Below, one piece after another: positions 55,097 to 64,000 of a stretch of DNA of 64,000 nucleotides (positions within the stretch are counted from its first letter, which is position 1; the number at the start of each line of letters is the position of its first letter). The DNA is taken from positions 396,154 to 460,153 of the forward strand of contig JBAZTA010000002.1 of NCBI GenBank assembly GCA_041662125.1. The letters are read 5' to 3'. This DNA is from Candidatus Omnitrophota bacterium. Its GTDB lineage: Bacteria > Omnitrophota > Gorgyraeia > Gygaellales > Profunditerraquicolaceae. The notes beneath the pieces were generated by a model. That model ran no database searches. It saw nothing but the letters and a program-made list of their open reading frames with translations, and was not told the DNA's origin. The translations under genes and the position numbers were made by a program.

Positions 55097-55708
55097 ATGA
55101 AAAGCAAATTTATCACATTTGAAGGGTCCGAGGGGTGCGGCAAAAGCACGCAGTCAAAACTTTTGGCTGGGTTTTTAAAACGTAAAGGCTATGATGTCGT
55201 TTATATCCGAGAACCCGGGGGCACTAAGATAAGCGAGAAGATACGTCAGATCTTGTTGGACGCCAAGAACGATGCTATGGCTTCTTCGAGTGAAATGCTT
55301 TTATATATGGCGGCACGCGCGCAGATCATAGCTGAGGTGATCAAACCCGCGCTCCTGCAAGGGAAAATTGTTATCGGTGACCGCTTTCTCGATTCGACTC
55401 TGGCATACCAGGGTTTTGGTTTGGGTATGGATATTGATTTTATTAAAACAGTAGGAAATTTCGTTACCGCAGGCATTAAACCCGATTTGACGATATTCCT
55501 TGATCTGCCGGTTCATAAGGGGCTCAAGCACCGCGAACTCACCAAAGACCGTATTGAGCAAAGGTCTTTTAACTATCATCTGCGGGTCAGAAATGGGTAT
55601 TTAAAACTTGCCAGTCAAGAGCCGCAGAGGATCAAGATCGTAAAATTAGAAAAAGAGATATCACTGACACAGGAAAAAATAAGGGCTTTAGTTTCCGCGC
55701 TTATTTGA
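55097..55708 (+). CDS. tmk: Thymidylate kinase
   Basis: P-loop EGSEGCGKST. ATG at 55097 with GGGAG RBS, preferred over the track start 55061. Confidence 0.85.
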   Translation: MKSKFITFEGSEGCGKSTQSKLLAGFLKRKGYDVVYIREPGGTKISEKIRQILLDAKNDAMASSSEMLLYMAARAQIIAEVIKPALLQGKIVIGDRFLDSTLAYQGFGLGMDIDFIKTVGNFVTAGIKPDLTIFLDLPVHKGLKHRELTKDRIEQRSFNYHLRVRNGYLKLASQEPQRIKIVKLEKEISLTQEKIRALVSALI

Positions 55709-56742
55709 TGAAACCCATGGCATTTGGCGATATATACGGACAGGACACAATAATAGAGCGGATAAAACAATATTTACGCGCCGGCACTATTACCGGGACC
55801 TATCTTTTCACCGGCCCGCAAGGCGTCGGTAAAGCTTCGGTCGCTCAGGCTATGGCTGCGGCGCTCAATTGTTTGACCGATAGTTTTGATGCCTGTGGAG
55901 AATGTTCATCCTGTAAGAAAATAAGTAAAGGGGTGCATCCTGATGTCCATATGATCAATGATCTGAATGCCGAGGCTCTCCCTGAAGAAGATGAGGCAAC
56001 GGTTGAATATAAGAGCCGCAAGCTTGAAGCGCCAGGTGAGGAGATCAAGATCGAGACTATCCGGCAGCTGCAGAAAGAAATAAATTTGCGGCCGTATGAA
56101 GGAAGAAAAAAAGTTTTTATTATCCAGGAAGCGCATACCATGACTCAGGATGCCTCTCACGCCTTCTTAAAAACGTTAGAGGAGCCTCCTGCCAACAGCG
56201 TCATTATCCTGGTGAGTGCAAAGCCGGCGCTCTTGTTAAATACGATCATTTCCCGGTGTAAAGTTTTTAAGTTTGCTTCTTTGAAGCGCGATGCCCTGGA
56301 AAATATTTTGCGGAAGTTCTCGCACCTTGATGAAGAACGTATCCATTATTTGTCTTTTTTCTGCGAAGGAAGGATCGGCCAGGCGCTGCGGTTAAAAGAT
56401 AAAGATGTTTTGGCAGAGAAGAACAAGGTGATCGATGAGTTTATCTTTTCGGGAAACGCTGAGATCGCGGATATGCAGAAAATAGGGCGGGAAGGATTGC
56501 GCCAGCATTTAAATATCCTGGCTGGCTGGTTCCGTGATGTTTATTTGGTCAAGTCTGGCCTGCCGCAGCAGGAACTGATCAATCGGGACCGCGCCGATGA
56601 GCTGTATCAATTTGCCAGGAATTATTGTTTTGCCGAACTTGATGAAATATTCATGGTTATCACAGATTCGTTGCGGTATTGTGAACAAAACCTGAACATG
56701 CGGCTGATCGCCTCGAATGTGCAGGTTCAATTAAAGCATTAA
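55705..56742 (+). CDS. holB: DNA polymerase III delta-prime subunit
   Basis: AAA+ clamp-loader fold (GPQGVGK) with CxxC zinc module. Conserved tmk-holB-ricT synteny. Confidence 0.75.
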   Translation: MMKPMAFGDIYGQDTIIERIKQYLRAGTITGTYLFTGPQGVGKASVAQAMAAALNCLTDSFDACGECSSCKKISKGVHPDVHMINDLNAEALPEEDEATVEYKSRKLEAPGEEIKIETIRQLQKEINLRPYEGRKKVFIIQEAHTMTQDASHAFLKTLEEPPANSVIILVSAKPALLLNTIISRCKVFKFASLKRDALENILRKFSHLDEERIHYLSFFCEGRIGQALRLKDKDVLAEKNKVIDEFIFSGNAEIADMQKIGREGLRQHLNILAGWFRDVYLVKSGLPQQELINRDRADELYQFARNYCFAELDEIFMVITDSLRYCEQNLNMRLIASNVQVQLKH

Positions 56743-56764
56743 TTGCGGAGTAGGTTTAACCTAA

Positions 56765-57619
56765 ATGAGTATGGAAAAATTAATGTTGGTGCGTTTGAGG
56801 GATTCGGGCCAGAGTTTTTTGTATAACGCCTTTGATTTGAACGTCAAAGAAGGCGATTATGTCATTGTAGAGCATGACCGGGGGCTTGATTACGGACAGG
56901 TATCTTCAGTTAAAGTGCAGGTAGACGCGAAGTCTAAACAGGCGCCGAAAAAGATCCTGCGGCTTGCTAAAGAAAGCGATTTGCGGCAGATCGATGAAAA
57001 CAGGGCGAAATCACGGGAAGCCTATGCTACCTGCGCGCGTAAGATCGAGGAACATAAACTTGATATGAAACTGGTGCATTCGGAATATTCATTTGACCGC
57101 ACGAAGATCGTTTTTTATTTTACCGCCGGAGGAAGGGTCGATTTTCGGGATCTGGTTAAAGACCTTGCGAAGATCTTTAAGGCGAGGATCGAGTTGCGCC
57201 AGATCGGCGTACGGGATGAGGCCCGGCTTTTTGGGGGATTCGGGCCCTGCGGAAGGGAATTATGCTGCGCTCGCTTCCTGAAAGATTTTGAGCCGGTGAC
57301 TATCAAGATGGCAAAAGAAGAAGGCCTGCCGCTTAATCCGCCAAAGATCTCGGGTATCTGCGGAAGGCTGATGTGCTGTTTGTATTTTGAATATGAAACG
57401 TATAAGAATCTGGCAAAAGGGCTGCCTCGTGAAGGAGAGCGGCTGCATTTGCCTACGGGTAAAGGAAAAGTTATTAACGTCAATGTTTTTAAGCGCACGG
57501 CGACTGTTGAGCTTGAAGATGGTTCGCATGTTGTGATGGATTATAAAGATAAGCAGCATAAGGAAAACAAGGATAGTAAAGATCATAAGGACAGCAAGGA
57601 AGAGCCTAAAGAAAAATGA
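56765..57619 (+). CDS. ricT: PSP1-domain protein (RicT/YaaT-like)
   Basis: PSP1 C-terminal domain with Cys motifs (CGRELCCARF, CGRLMCCLYFEY). Lys/Asp-rich C-terminal tail. Confidence 0.75.
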   Translation: MSMEKLMLVRLRDSGQSFLYNAFDLNVKEGDYVIVEHDRGLDYGQVSSVKVQVDAKSKQAPKKILRLAKESDLRQIDENRAKSREAYATCARKIEEHKLDMKLVHSEYSFDRTKIVFYFTAGGRVDFRDLVKDLAKIFKARIELRQIGVRDEARLFGGFGPCGRELCCARFLKDFEPVTIKMAKEEGLPLNPPKISGICGRLMCCLYFEYETYKNLAKGLPREGERLHLPTGKGKVINVNVFKRTATVELEDGSHVVMDYKDKQHKENKDSKDHKDSKEEPKEK

Positions 57620-59133
57620 AGAAGAAATTCTACATTACAACGCCGCTCTATTATGTTAATGCTTCTCCGCATATCGGCCATTCATATACAAATATCGCTT
57701 GTGACGTAATAGCGCGGTATATGCGCCAGGTGATCGGTAAAGACAAAGTGTGGTTTTTGACCGGTACTGATGAGCATGGACAAAAGATCCAGAAAGCCGC
57801 GCAGGCAGAAGGGTTGGCTCCGATCGCTTTTGTTGATAAAACCGTTTTACAGTTTAAAGCGCTCTGGGAAAAGCTCAACATATCATTTGATGATTTTATC
57901 CGTACGACTGAAAGCCGGCATGGGCAATTTGTGCAGGCCGCTTTAAGGATCCTCTATGCAAAGGGCGAGATCTATAAAGATACCTATGAAGGTTTATATT
58001 GTACGCCCTGTGAGAATTTCTGGCTTCAGCAGCAGGCGCCTGATAACCTTTGCCCTGATTGTAAAAGGCCTTTGGAGCGGATACTCGAGGAGAATTATTT
58101 CTTTAATTTAAGCAAACATCAGCCCTGGCTTATGGAATATATCAGAAAGAACCCCGGTTTTATAAAACCGGAAAGCCGCAGGAATGAAGTGATGAGTTTC
58201 CTGGAGCTTAATACCCTTGCTCCGTTATGTATCTCCCGCCCGAAAGAGCGCCTGGAGTGGGGGATCCCGCTGCCGTTTAGCAGTGATCATGTTACCTATG
58301 TTTGGTTTGACGCGCTCCTGAATTACACGAGCGCGGTAGGAAGTTTTGATAAAAATGATGCCTATGTTTCAGAGTGGTGGCCGGCAGACCTCCAGTTGAT
58401 CGGAAAAGATATTTTGCGCCACCACGCCATATACTGGCCGATCATGCTGCATGCGTTAGGGATAGAGCTTCCTCAAACAGTATTTGCGCATGGATGGTGG
58501 ATGATCAATGAAGATAAAATGTCAAAATCAAAAGGGAATGCGGTTAATCCGCTTGATATGGTCAATACCTTCGGTATAGATGTATACCGCTATTTCCTGA
58601 TGCGCGATGTGCCCTTTGGGCTCGACGGGAATTTCTCGGAAGACGCCATCATTAAACGCTTCAACAGCGATCTTGCCAATGACCTGGGTAATCTGGTGTA
58701 TCGGACACTTACCATGGTTGAGAAATATTTCTCAGGGAATGTTCCTGTTGCTGATAGTTCGTTAAAGGAGGGCTTTGCCGAATCAATCAGGGAAAAAATG
58801 CTGCACTTAGGCGAAGGTATCTCAGGTGCTATCGGTGTTGAGAGTAATTATAATTTCAGCCAGGCGTTGGAACGTATCTGGGAAGTCATAAATTTGGCTA
58901 ATAAATATGTTGAAGAAACAAAGCCCTGGAACCTGGCAAAGGAGAATAAAGAAAAAGAATTAAAAGCTTTTATCCGCCTTTTAGTCGATGTTATCAGGGT
59001 GGTAAGCGATGCTCTTCTGCCGTTCATGCCGGCTACTGCCGCCGCAATACAAGCGCAGGTTGGCACAGACCGTATTGCCAAGGGTAATCCTTTGTTCCCG
59101 CGTATAGACACAAAACTGCCTAAGAAAAATTGA
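57616..59133 (+). CDS. metG: Methionyl-tRNA synthetase (short form)
   Basis: HIGHSYT and KMSKS motifs. CxxC zinc knuckle (CTPC...CPDC). Confidence 0.9.
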   Translation: MKKKFYITTPLYYVNASPHIGHSYTNIACDVIARYMRQVIGKDKVWFLTGTDEHGQKIQKAAQAEGLAPIAFVDKTVLQFKALWEKLNISFDDFIRTTESRHGQFVQAALRILYAKGEIYKDTYEGLYCTPCENFWLQQQAPDNLCPDCKRPLERILEENYFFNLSKHQPWLMEYIRKNPGFIKPESRRNEVMSFLELNTLAPLCISRPKERLEWGIPLPFSSDHVTYVWFDALLNYTSAVGSFDKNDAYVSEWWPADLQLIGKDILRHHAIYWPIMLHALGIELPQTVFAHGWWMINEDKMSKSKGNAVNPLDMVNTFGIDVYRYFLMRDVPFGLDGNFSEDAIIKRFNSDLANDLGNLVYRTLTMVEKYFSGNVPVADSSLKEGFAESIREKMLHLGEGISGAIGVESNYNFSQALERIWEVINLANKYVEETKPWNLAKENKEKELKAFIRLLVDVIRVVSDALLPFMPATAAAIQAQVGTDRIAKGNPLFPRIDTKLPKKN

Positions 59134-59136
59134 TGT

Positions 59137-59934
59137 ATGGCTATTGATCCTAAACCCGTATTAATTGACACGCACTGCCACATTGATTATCCTGAATTTG
59201 ATCAAGACCGTGATAGGATCTTGCGGGCCTTACCTGACTGCGGCCTTGAATATATGATCAATGTGGGTTCTACGCTTGCGGGGTCACAGAATTCGGTAGC
59301 GTTGGCAAAACAATATGAGCGGGTTTTTGCGGTAGTAGGCGTGCATCCTCATGACGCAGAATCGTTTGACAACGTTTCGCTGGGTATTTTAAGTAAACTT
59401 GCCAATGAAGAAAAAGTTGTGGCGATCGGCGAAACAGGCTTGGATTATTTCAAGAATTATTCTCCTATGGAAAAGCAGCAAGAAGTTTTTCTTATGATGC
59501 TTGAGTTGGCAAAAGAGAAGAAGCTTCCTGTTGTGATCCATTGCCGGCAGGCAGAATCCGATTGTATCCGTATCGTGAAGGAAAAAATGCCATTACGCGC
59601 GGTGGTGCATTGTTTTTCAGGGGATGAGCATTTTCTGAAAGAATGCCTTGACCTGGGATTCTACGTTTCTTTCACCGCTAATATTACGTATAAGAAAGCC
59701 CAGAATTTGCGTGATGTTTTAAAAGTTGTCCCGCTACAGCGCCTGATGCTTGAGACTGATGCTCCGTATTTGTCTCCTGAAGGTTTACGCGGCAAGCGCA
59801 ACGAGCCGATAAATGTCCGTTATGTCGCAGAAGCTGTTGCCAGTATTAAGGGGTTGAGCATTGAAGAAATAGCGCGCCTTACTACGTTCAACGCCAAGAC
59901 ATTCTTTAACCTGGAAGTGAAAAAGTTTTCTTAA
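59137..59934 (+). CDS. tatD: TatD-family metal-dependent DNase/hydrolase
   Basis: IDTHCH N-terminal metal-binding motif. Length 265 aa. Confidence 0.85.
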   Translation: MAIDPKPVLIDTHCHIDYPEFDQDRDRILRALPDCGLEYMINVGSTLAGSQNSVALAKQYERVFAVVGVHPHDAESFDNVSLGILSKLANEEKVVAIGETGLDYFKNYSPMEKQQEVFLMMLELAKEKKLPVVIHCRQAESDCIRIVKEKMPLRAVVHCFSGDEHFLKECLDLGFYVSFTANITYKKAQNLRDVLKVVPLQRLMLETDAPYLSPEGLRGKRNEPINVRYVAEAVASIKGLSIEEIARLTTFNAKTFFNLEVKKFS

Positions 59935-59948
59935 ACCCTCTAAAAAAT

Positions 59949-61010
59949 ATGGAAATAAAAACTCTTGAATGGAAGCATAACGCGGTTGTGATCATTGATC
60001 AGACGTTGCTGCCGGGGAAATTAAAATACCTCCACATAAAAGATGTTTTGGCGCTGTGGCAGGCGATCAAGGAGTTAAAGGTGCGCGGAGCACCGGCATT
60101 AGGCGCTGCCGCGGCCTTCGGGGTATATCTTGGCGTTAAGGATTCGCAAACCACTGATTCCCGTGATTTCTTGAGACTCGTGAAAAAAGTTTCTGAGTAT
60201 TTAGGGTCAAGCCGGCCGACCGCGATCAATTTGTTCTGGGGGCTTAATCGTATGCGCCGCGCGGCGCAGTCCTGCATTGATCAGTCCGTGGTTTTTATTA
60301 AAGAGCGATTGTTTCAGGAGGCCTGCGCTATTATTGAAGAAGATAGGGTTGCCTGTCGTAATATCGGAAAATTCGGCGCAACGCTTATCAGGGATAATGA
60401 TACGCTCTTGACGGTATGCAACGCCGGAATTTTAGCTACGATTGATTATGGGACGGCATTAGGGGTCATGTACCGGGCAAAAGATGAGGGTCGGCGTTTT
60501 AAGGTGTATGCGTGTGAGACGCGTCCGCTTTTACAGGGCGCCCGGCTGACGAGTTGGGAATTAAAGAAAAAAAGGATCGATGTTACCTTGATCTGTGATA
60601 ATATGGCGGCGTCTTTAATGCAGCAGGGCAAGATCTCAAAAGTCATTGCCGGCGCAGACAGGATCGCCGTTAATGGGGATGCTGCCAATAAGATCGGGAC
60701 GTATAGCCTGGCGGTTCTTTGCCACTATCATAAGGTTCCTTTTTATATTGCTGCCCCACTGTCGAGCTTCGATATCAAGATCAAAAGCGGCAGGCAGATC
60801 CCTGTTGAAGAACGTTCGGGCTTAGAAATTACTGAGCTGTTTTTTAAGCGGCCGATAGCAGCGTCTGGCGTGAAAGTATATAATCCTGCTTTTGATGTAA
60901 CGCCTCATGAGCTCATTACCGCCATTATTACGGATGCGGGGATCATCAGGGCGCCGTATGCTTTGAAGATACGGGAAAAGTTAACCCCTCGACAGGCTCG
61001 GGGTGAATAA
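59949..61010 (+). CDS. mtnA: Methylthioribose-1-phosphate isomerase (eIF-2B family)
   Basis: MtnA/eIF2B alpha/beta/delta family similarity throughout. The last nine codons plus the stop codon are encoded by a repeat element copy. Confidence 0.8.
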   Translation: MEIKTLEWKHNAVVIIDQTLLPGKLKYLHIKDVLALWQAIKELKVRGAPALGAAAAFGVYLGVKDSQTTDSRDFLRLVKKVSEYLGSSRPTAINLFWGLNRMRRAAQSCIDQSVVFIKERLFQEACAIIEEDRVACRNIGKFGATLIRDNDTLLTVCNAGILATIDYGTALGVMYRAKDEGRRFKVYACETRPLLQGARLTSWELKKKRIDVTLICDNMAASLMQQGKISKVIAGADRIAVNGDAANKIGTYSLAVLCHYHKVPFYIAAPLSSFDIKIKSGRQIPVEERSGLEITELFFKRPIAASGVKVYNPAFDVTPHELITAIITDAGIIRAPYALKIREKLTPRQARGE

Positions 61011-61040
61011 GCCATAAACGCCAGAGGCATGGCTTATTCA
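60982..61040 (+). repeat. Two-hairpin element family C, copy 2 (overlapping the mtnA 3' end)
   Basis: Same element. Stem reads TGAATAAGCCAT/ATGGCTTATTCA. Both differences from copy 1 are compensatory, so pairing is preserved. The loop AAACGCCAGAGGC is conserved. Confidence 0.65.
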
Positions 61041-61048
61041 ATTTTAGA

Positions 61049-61098
61049 AAGACCGGGTCTTAAAGAGGTGTTCTTTATTATAAATAAGACCCGGTCTT
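61049..61098. repeat. REP-like palindromic element pair (between mtnA and thiL)
   Basis: AAGACCGGGTCTT (61049-61061) and AAGACCCGGTCTT (61086-61098) around an AT-rich spacer. Directly follows the family C element. Confidence 0.7.
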
Positions 61099-61125
61099 AA
61101 AAGATAAGAATAAGGCGAAGGCAAA

Positions 61126-62022
61126 ATGTTGATCGAACAATTGGGTGAGTTTGGGTTAATTGAGCGTATCAAAAAGACGATCAGAACAGATCCTTCAGTC
61201 ATTAAAGGTATCGGCGATGATTGCGCGGTCATTGATCATAATGTTAGGGAATACCTCTTATTGACCGCGGATATGCTGGTCGAAAAAGTTGATTTTACCC
61301 TTCGGGATAAACCGTATTGGATAGGCCATAAAGCTTTGGCTGTTTCTCTGAGTGATATTGCTGCCTGTGGCGGTTTGCCCCGGTATGCTCTGGTATCGCT
61401 TGGCGTGCCGGTTAAAACGCGGGTTAGGTTTATTGATGAAATGTATAGGGGGATGCGTGATTTAGCTAAGCGTTTCGGGGTTACTATCGTTGGTGGTGAC
61501 TTAAGCCGCGCGCCTGCAATAACCATCGATGTTTCCCTGGCTGGTTTTGTTGAAAAAAACAAGCTCGTGCTTCGTAGTGGGGCAGCGCTCGGGGATCAAA
61601 TATTGGTCAGCGGAAAGCTGGGTGGCGCATTGAAAAGCGGGCGGCATTTGAAGTTTATCCCCCGGGTTAAGGAAGCCCGTTTCCTGGTAGAGAATTTTAA
61701 AGTTAGTTCCATGATCGATATTTCAGACGGTTTGTTGCAGGATCTATCCCATATACTCAAAGCGAGTAATACAGGTGCTTTAATTTACGAGCGGTTATTA
61801 CCGCGTAATAATGATGCTGGCACTCTTGCCGCAGCGTTATCGGCGGGTGAAGATTTCGAATTGTTATTTACTATGCCTCCGCGGCAAGCCAAACGCTTGG
61901 CAGAGCAAAAACGTGATTTTCGGGTTATTGGTGAAATTGTACACAAAAAAAACGGTTTCCAGTTAGTGGATAGGCAGGGAGTGGCTCACCGCGCGTCTCC
62001 TGCGGGCTTTCGTCATTTCTAA
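61126..62022 (+). CDS. thiL: Thiamine-monophosphate kinase
   Basis: AIR-synthase-related fold with GIGDDCAV motif. Confidence 0.8.
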   Translation: MLIEQLGEFGLIERIKKTIRTDPSVIKGIGDDCAVIDHNVREYLLLTADMLVEKVDFTLRDKPYWIGHKALAVSLSDIAACGGLPRYALVSLGVPVKTRVRFIDEMYRGMRDLAKRFGVTIVGGDLSRAPAITIDVSLAGFVEKNKLVLRSGAALGDQILVSGKLGGALKSGRHLKFIPRVKEARFLVENFKVSSMIDISDGLLQDLSHILKASNTGALIYERLLPRNNDAGTLAAALSAGEDFELLFTMPPRQAKRLAEQKRDFRVIGEIVHKKNGFQLVDRQGVAHRASPAGFRHF

Positions 62023-62034
62023 AAAGATACGTAT

Positions 62035-62508
62035 ATGGATATTACATGCGGGTCTGTCGCAGATACATTACGGGTTGGCAGGGTGATAGCGCAGTATCTT
62101 AAAGCAGGCGATATTATTTGTTTGTATGGGGGCCTGGGTGCAGGTAAAACGGTTTTGTCAAAAGGGATCGCCTCAGGATTAGGGATTCAAAAAGAAGAGG
62201 TGATCAGCCCTACTTTTGTGCTCATTCGTCAGTATCACGCAAGCCTGACGCTAAACCATTTTGACCTCTATCGCTTGAATGAACCGCGGGAAATAGCGGT
62301 ATTGGGGTATGAGGAATATTTGTACTCAGATGGGGTTTCGGTTATTGAATGGGCGGAGCGTTTGGGATCTTTGACTCCGCGGGAATTTTTAAAAGTTGAA
62401 TTACGCATCTCTGGCGCGCAGGAAGGGCGTTTGATAAAGCTGACTGCGTTAGGGAAACGGTATGAAGAGTTATTGACGCGCGTAAATCGGAAATTGAAGA
62501 GTTCTTAA
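62035..62508 (+). CDS. tsaE: tRNA threonylcarbamoyladenosine biosynthesis protein TsaE
   Basis: P-loop GGLGAGKT. Length 157 aa. Adjacent to tsaB. Confidence 0.8.
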   Translation: MDITCGSVADTLRVGRVIAQYLKAGDIICLYGGLGAGKTVLSKGIASGLGIQKEEVISPTFVLIRQYHASLTLNHFDLYRLNEPREIAVLGYEEYLYSDGVSVIEWAERLGSLTPREFLKVELRISGAQEGRLIKLTALGKRYEELLTRVNRKLKSS

Positions 62509-62525
62509 CGGTTTTAGGGGGACAT

Positions 62526-63293
62526 ATGAAAATACTGGCGCTTGATACATCGACTAAATTCTTGTCTTTGGGTATTACTGACGGCAAGAAGATATATGAA
62601 TGCTGCCTTGAGACAGGAGTAAAATTGTCTTCGCTGCTTATGCCGACGATAAAAAGGACACTCTTAAGCTTGCGTATGCGGCCTGGTGATATTGATTATT
62701 TTGCCTGCGGATTAGGCCCGGGGTCTTTTACCGGTATTCGAGTCGGAATGAGTGCTGTTAAGGGGCTGGCGTGGGCTTTAAAGAAACCGGTTGTCGGTAT
62801 CCCCACACTTGATGCTCTTGCCAGGAATATGTATCCGGTTAAGAAAAGTATCTTTGAGCCCGGCGATACTTGTCAGGGAGTAAGGCCGCAGGATGTTATT
62901 ATTGCGCCGGTCATTGACGCTAAACGAAAGTTGCTCTATAGTAGTGTGTATAAAATGAGAGGCAGCAAGCTAACGCGTGTATCTGCCTATTTCCTGGTAA
63001 CTCCGCAAGAATTGTCCGGGAAGATCGAGTCATTTTGCGGCAGTAAAAAAGAAAACACTACGTTACTTCTGGCAGGGGACGGAGCTGATCTGTATCGTCA
63101 GGCAATAGCGCATTGCCGGTTGAGGATCGTGGTATTAGATAAAGATCGCTGGTATCCGCAGCCGCGTCATATGATCGCTCTTGCTCAAGAAAAAATCGCC
63201 TCGGGAAAAGAATCTACTGTCTATGCGTTAAAACCTTTATATCTTTATCCTAAAGAGTGTCAAATTAGATGCACAAAAGCGACAGATAAGTAA
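62526..63293 (+). CDS. tsaB: tRNA threonylcarbamoyladenosine biosynthesis protein TsaB (YeaZ)
   Basis: MKILALDTST ASKHA-fold N-terminus typical of inactive Kae1/YeaZ. Confidence 0.8.
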   Translation: MKILALDTSTKFLSLGITDGKKIYECCLETGVKLSSLLMPTIKRTLLSLRMRPGDIDYFACGLGPGSFTGIRVGMSAVKGLAWALKKPVVGIPTLDALARNMYPVKKSIFEPGDTCQGVRPQDVIIAPVIDAKRKLLYSSVYKMRGSKLTRVSAYFLVTPQELSGKIESFCGSKKENTTLLLAGDGADLYRQAIAHCRLRIVVLDKDRWYPQPRHMIALAQEKIASGKESTVYALKPLYLYPKECQIRCTKATDK

Positions 63294-63480
63294 AATAGGG
63301 TAAGTTTAAGTAAGTTTGAGTAAGTATTCTTAGATAAATATATAATATTCTAGGTAAGAGTAAGTAAGATTGAGTAAGTAGTAGTAAGTAAGTCTAGGTA
63401 ACTCTGAGTAAATTAGAGTAATACATTATTGGTAATTTCAGTAATAGTAAGTAATAGTAAGTAAGTCTAGGTAATACTAT
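63294..63480. repeat. GTAAGT-rich simple-sequence repeat array (tsaB-alr intergenic)
   Basis: About 185 bp composed largely of GTAAGT / AGTAAGT units with short variable spacers (some 20 copies). Recurring CTAGGTAA sub-motif. No ORF. Confidence 0.6.
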
Positions 63481-63494
63481 ATTTGGAGAGTTAA

Positions 63495-64000
63495 ATGGTG
63501 AAACTTAGGGATGTTGGATATAGGCCGACGTGGGCAGAGATTAATTTGAGGAATGTGGCCTATAATTACCGCCAAATTAAGAAAATTGTTGGAGCTGATG
63601 TAAAGATCATGGCGTGTGTTAAAGCTGACGCATATGGCCATGGGATTATTCCTGTTGCCCAAACATTGGTATCTTGCGGAGTGAATTATTTGAGTGTTGC
63701 TTCGATAGATGAAGCGATAAAGCTGCGGCAGGCAAAGATTTTCGCGCCTATTTTAGTGTTAGGTATGGTACTTAAGAAGGATATTGAACCGCTTTTTCGC
63801 TATAACATTAGCCAAACAGTTTGTTCTGATGAGTTGGCAATCGCTTTAAACACGATGGCTAAAAGAAAAGGAAAATTGCTGAATATCCATATTAAGGTAG
63901 ATACCGGTATGGGAAGGATCGGTGTTTTACATCACGAAGCGTTTACTTTTATTAAAAGGCTTGAGAAACTCAAGAATCTCCATATCGAGGGGGTCGCGAC
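63495..64000 (+). CDS. alr: Alanine racemase, 3'-truncated by window edge
   Basis: N-terminal PLP-binding region VKADAYGHG with the catalytic lysine. The ORF continues past the window end. Confidence 0.8.
   Translation, partial: MVKLRDVGYRPTWAEINLRNVAYNYRQIKKIVGADVKIMACVKADAYGHGIIPVAQTLVSCGVNYLSVASIDEAIKLRQAKIFAPILVLGMVLKKDIEPLFRYNISQTVCSDELAIALNTMAKRKGKLLNIHIKVDTGMGRIGVLHHEAFTFIKRLEKLKNLHIEGVA

Noticed and set aside
63294-63480. GTAAGT repeats as 5' splice-site-like or intron signals
   Set aside because: The resemblance to the eukaryotic splice consensus is coincidental. The context is bacterial, with no group I/II intron structure or ORF.
1-64000. CRISPR arrays, rRNA or tRNA genes
   Set aside because: No regularly spaced direct repeats with unique spacers, no rRNA-like conserved blocks, and no cloverleaf-compatible ~75-nt segments with anticodon loops were seen. 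The repeat families found are palindromic or dispersed, not CRISPR-like.

Overview
The window is gene-dense bacterial chromosome, and all ~63 supportable genes lie on the + strand. Gene content suggests an anaerobic diderm: an LPS heptosyltransferase, Lol and Mla envelope systems, PTS-Ntr EIIA, Rex, hydrogenases and NfnAB. This may be an uncultivated lineage; I cannot assign taxonomy from sequence alone.

The centre (about 4.1-29.7 kb) is a hydrogen/redox island containing:
- two Rex paralogs;
- NfnAB;
- the [FeFe]-hydrogenase maturases HydG and HydF, and two HydE paralogs, one fused to an N-terminal HypC-like domain;
- an uncharacterised 730-aa two-domain radical-SAM protein and an SDR epimerase embedded among the maturases;
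- a sensor kinase;
- a four-gene Hnd-type NADH-linked [FeFe] hydrogenase (HndB/HndC/HydA/HndA) with non-canonical H-cluster motifs;
- an orphan receiver protein;
- a PIF1-like helicase flanked by palindromic repeats;
- a group 3b-like tetrameric [NiFe] hydrogenase with a truncated HypA-like gene, a HycI-type protease and a near-consensus Rex operator.

The rest of the window is housekeeping:
- GcvT/H/PA/PB with LplA and LipA;
- HldD, ThyX, LysS, LolCDE and a class IV aminotransferase;
- McsA/McsB/ClpC, MlaEFD and RadA;
- a YacL-like PIN/TRAM protein, IspD/IspF, CysE/CysS, Tmk/HolB/RicT;
- MetG, TatD, MtnA, ThiL, TsaE/TsaB and Alr.

Several non-coding repeat families stand out:
- a ~75-nt conserved intergenic element in three copies, two of which bracket the [FeFe] hydrogenase operon;
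- a REP-like family of 13-bp perfect palindromes (AAGACCGGGTCTT and variants) in four intergenic clusters;
- a ~60-nt two-hairpin element in two copies with compensatory stem changes;
- a 244-bp element closed by perfect 22-bp terminal inverted repeats;
- a GTAAGT-rich simple-repeat array.

No rRNA, tRNA or CRISPR was detected by eye. Manually derived non-coding coordinates may be off by 1-2 nt.
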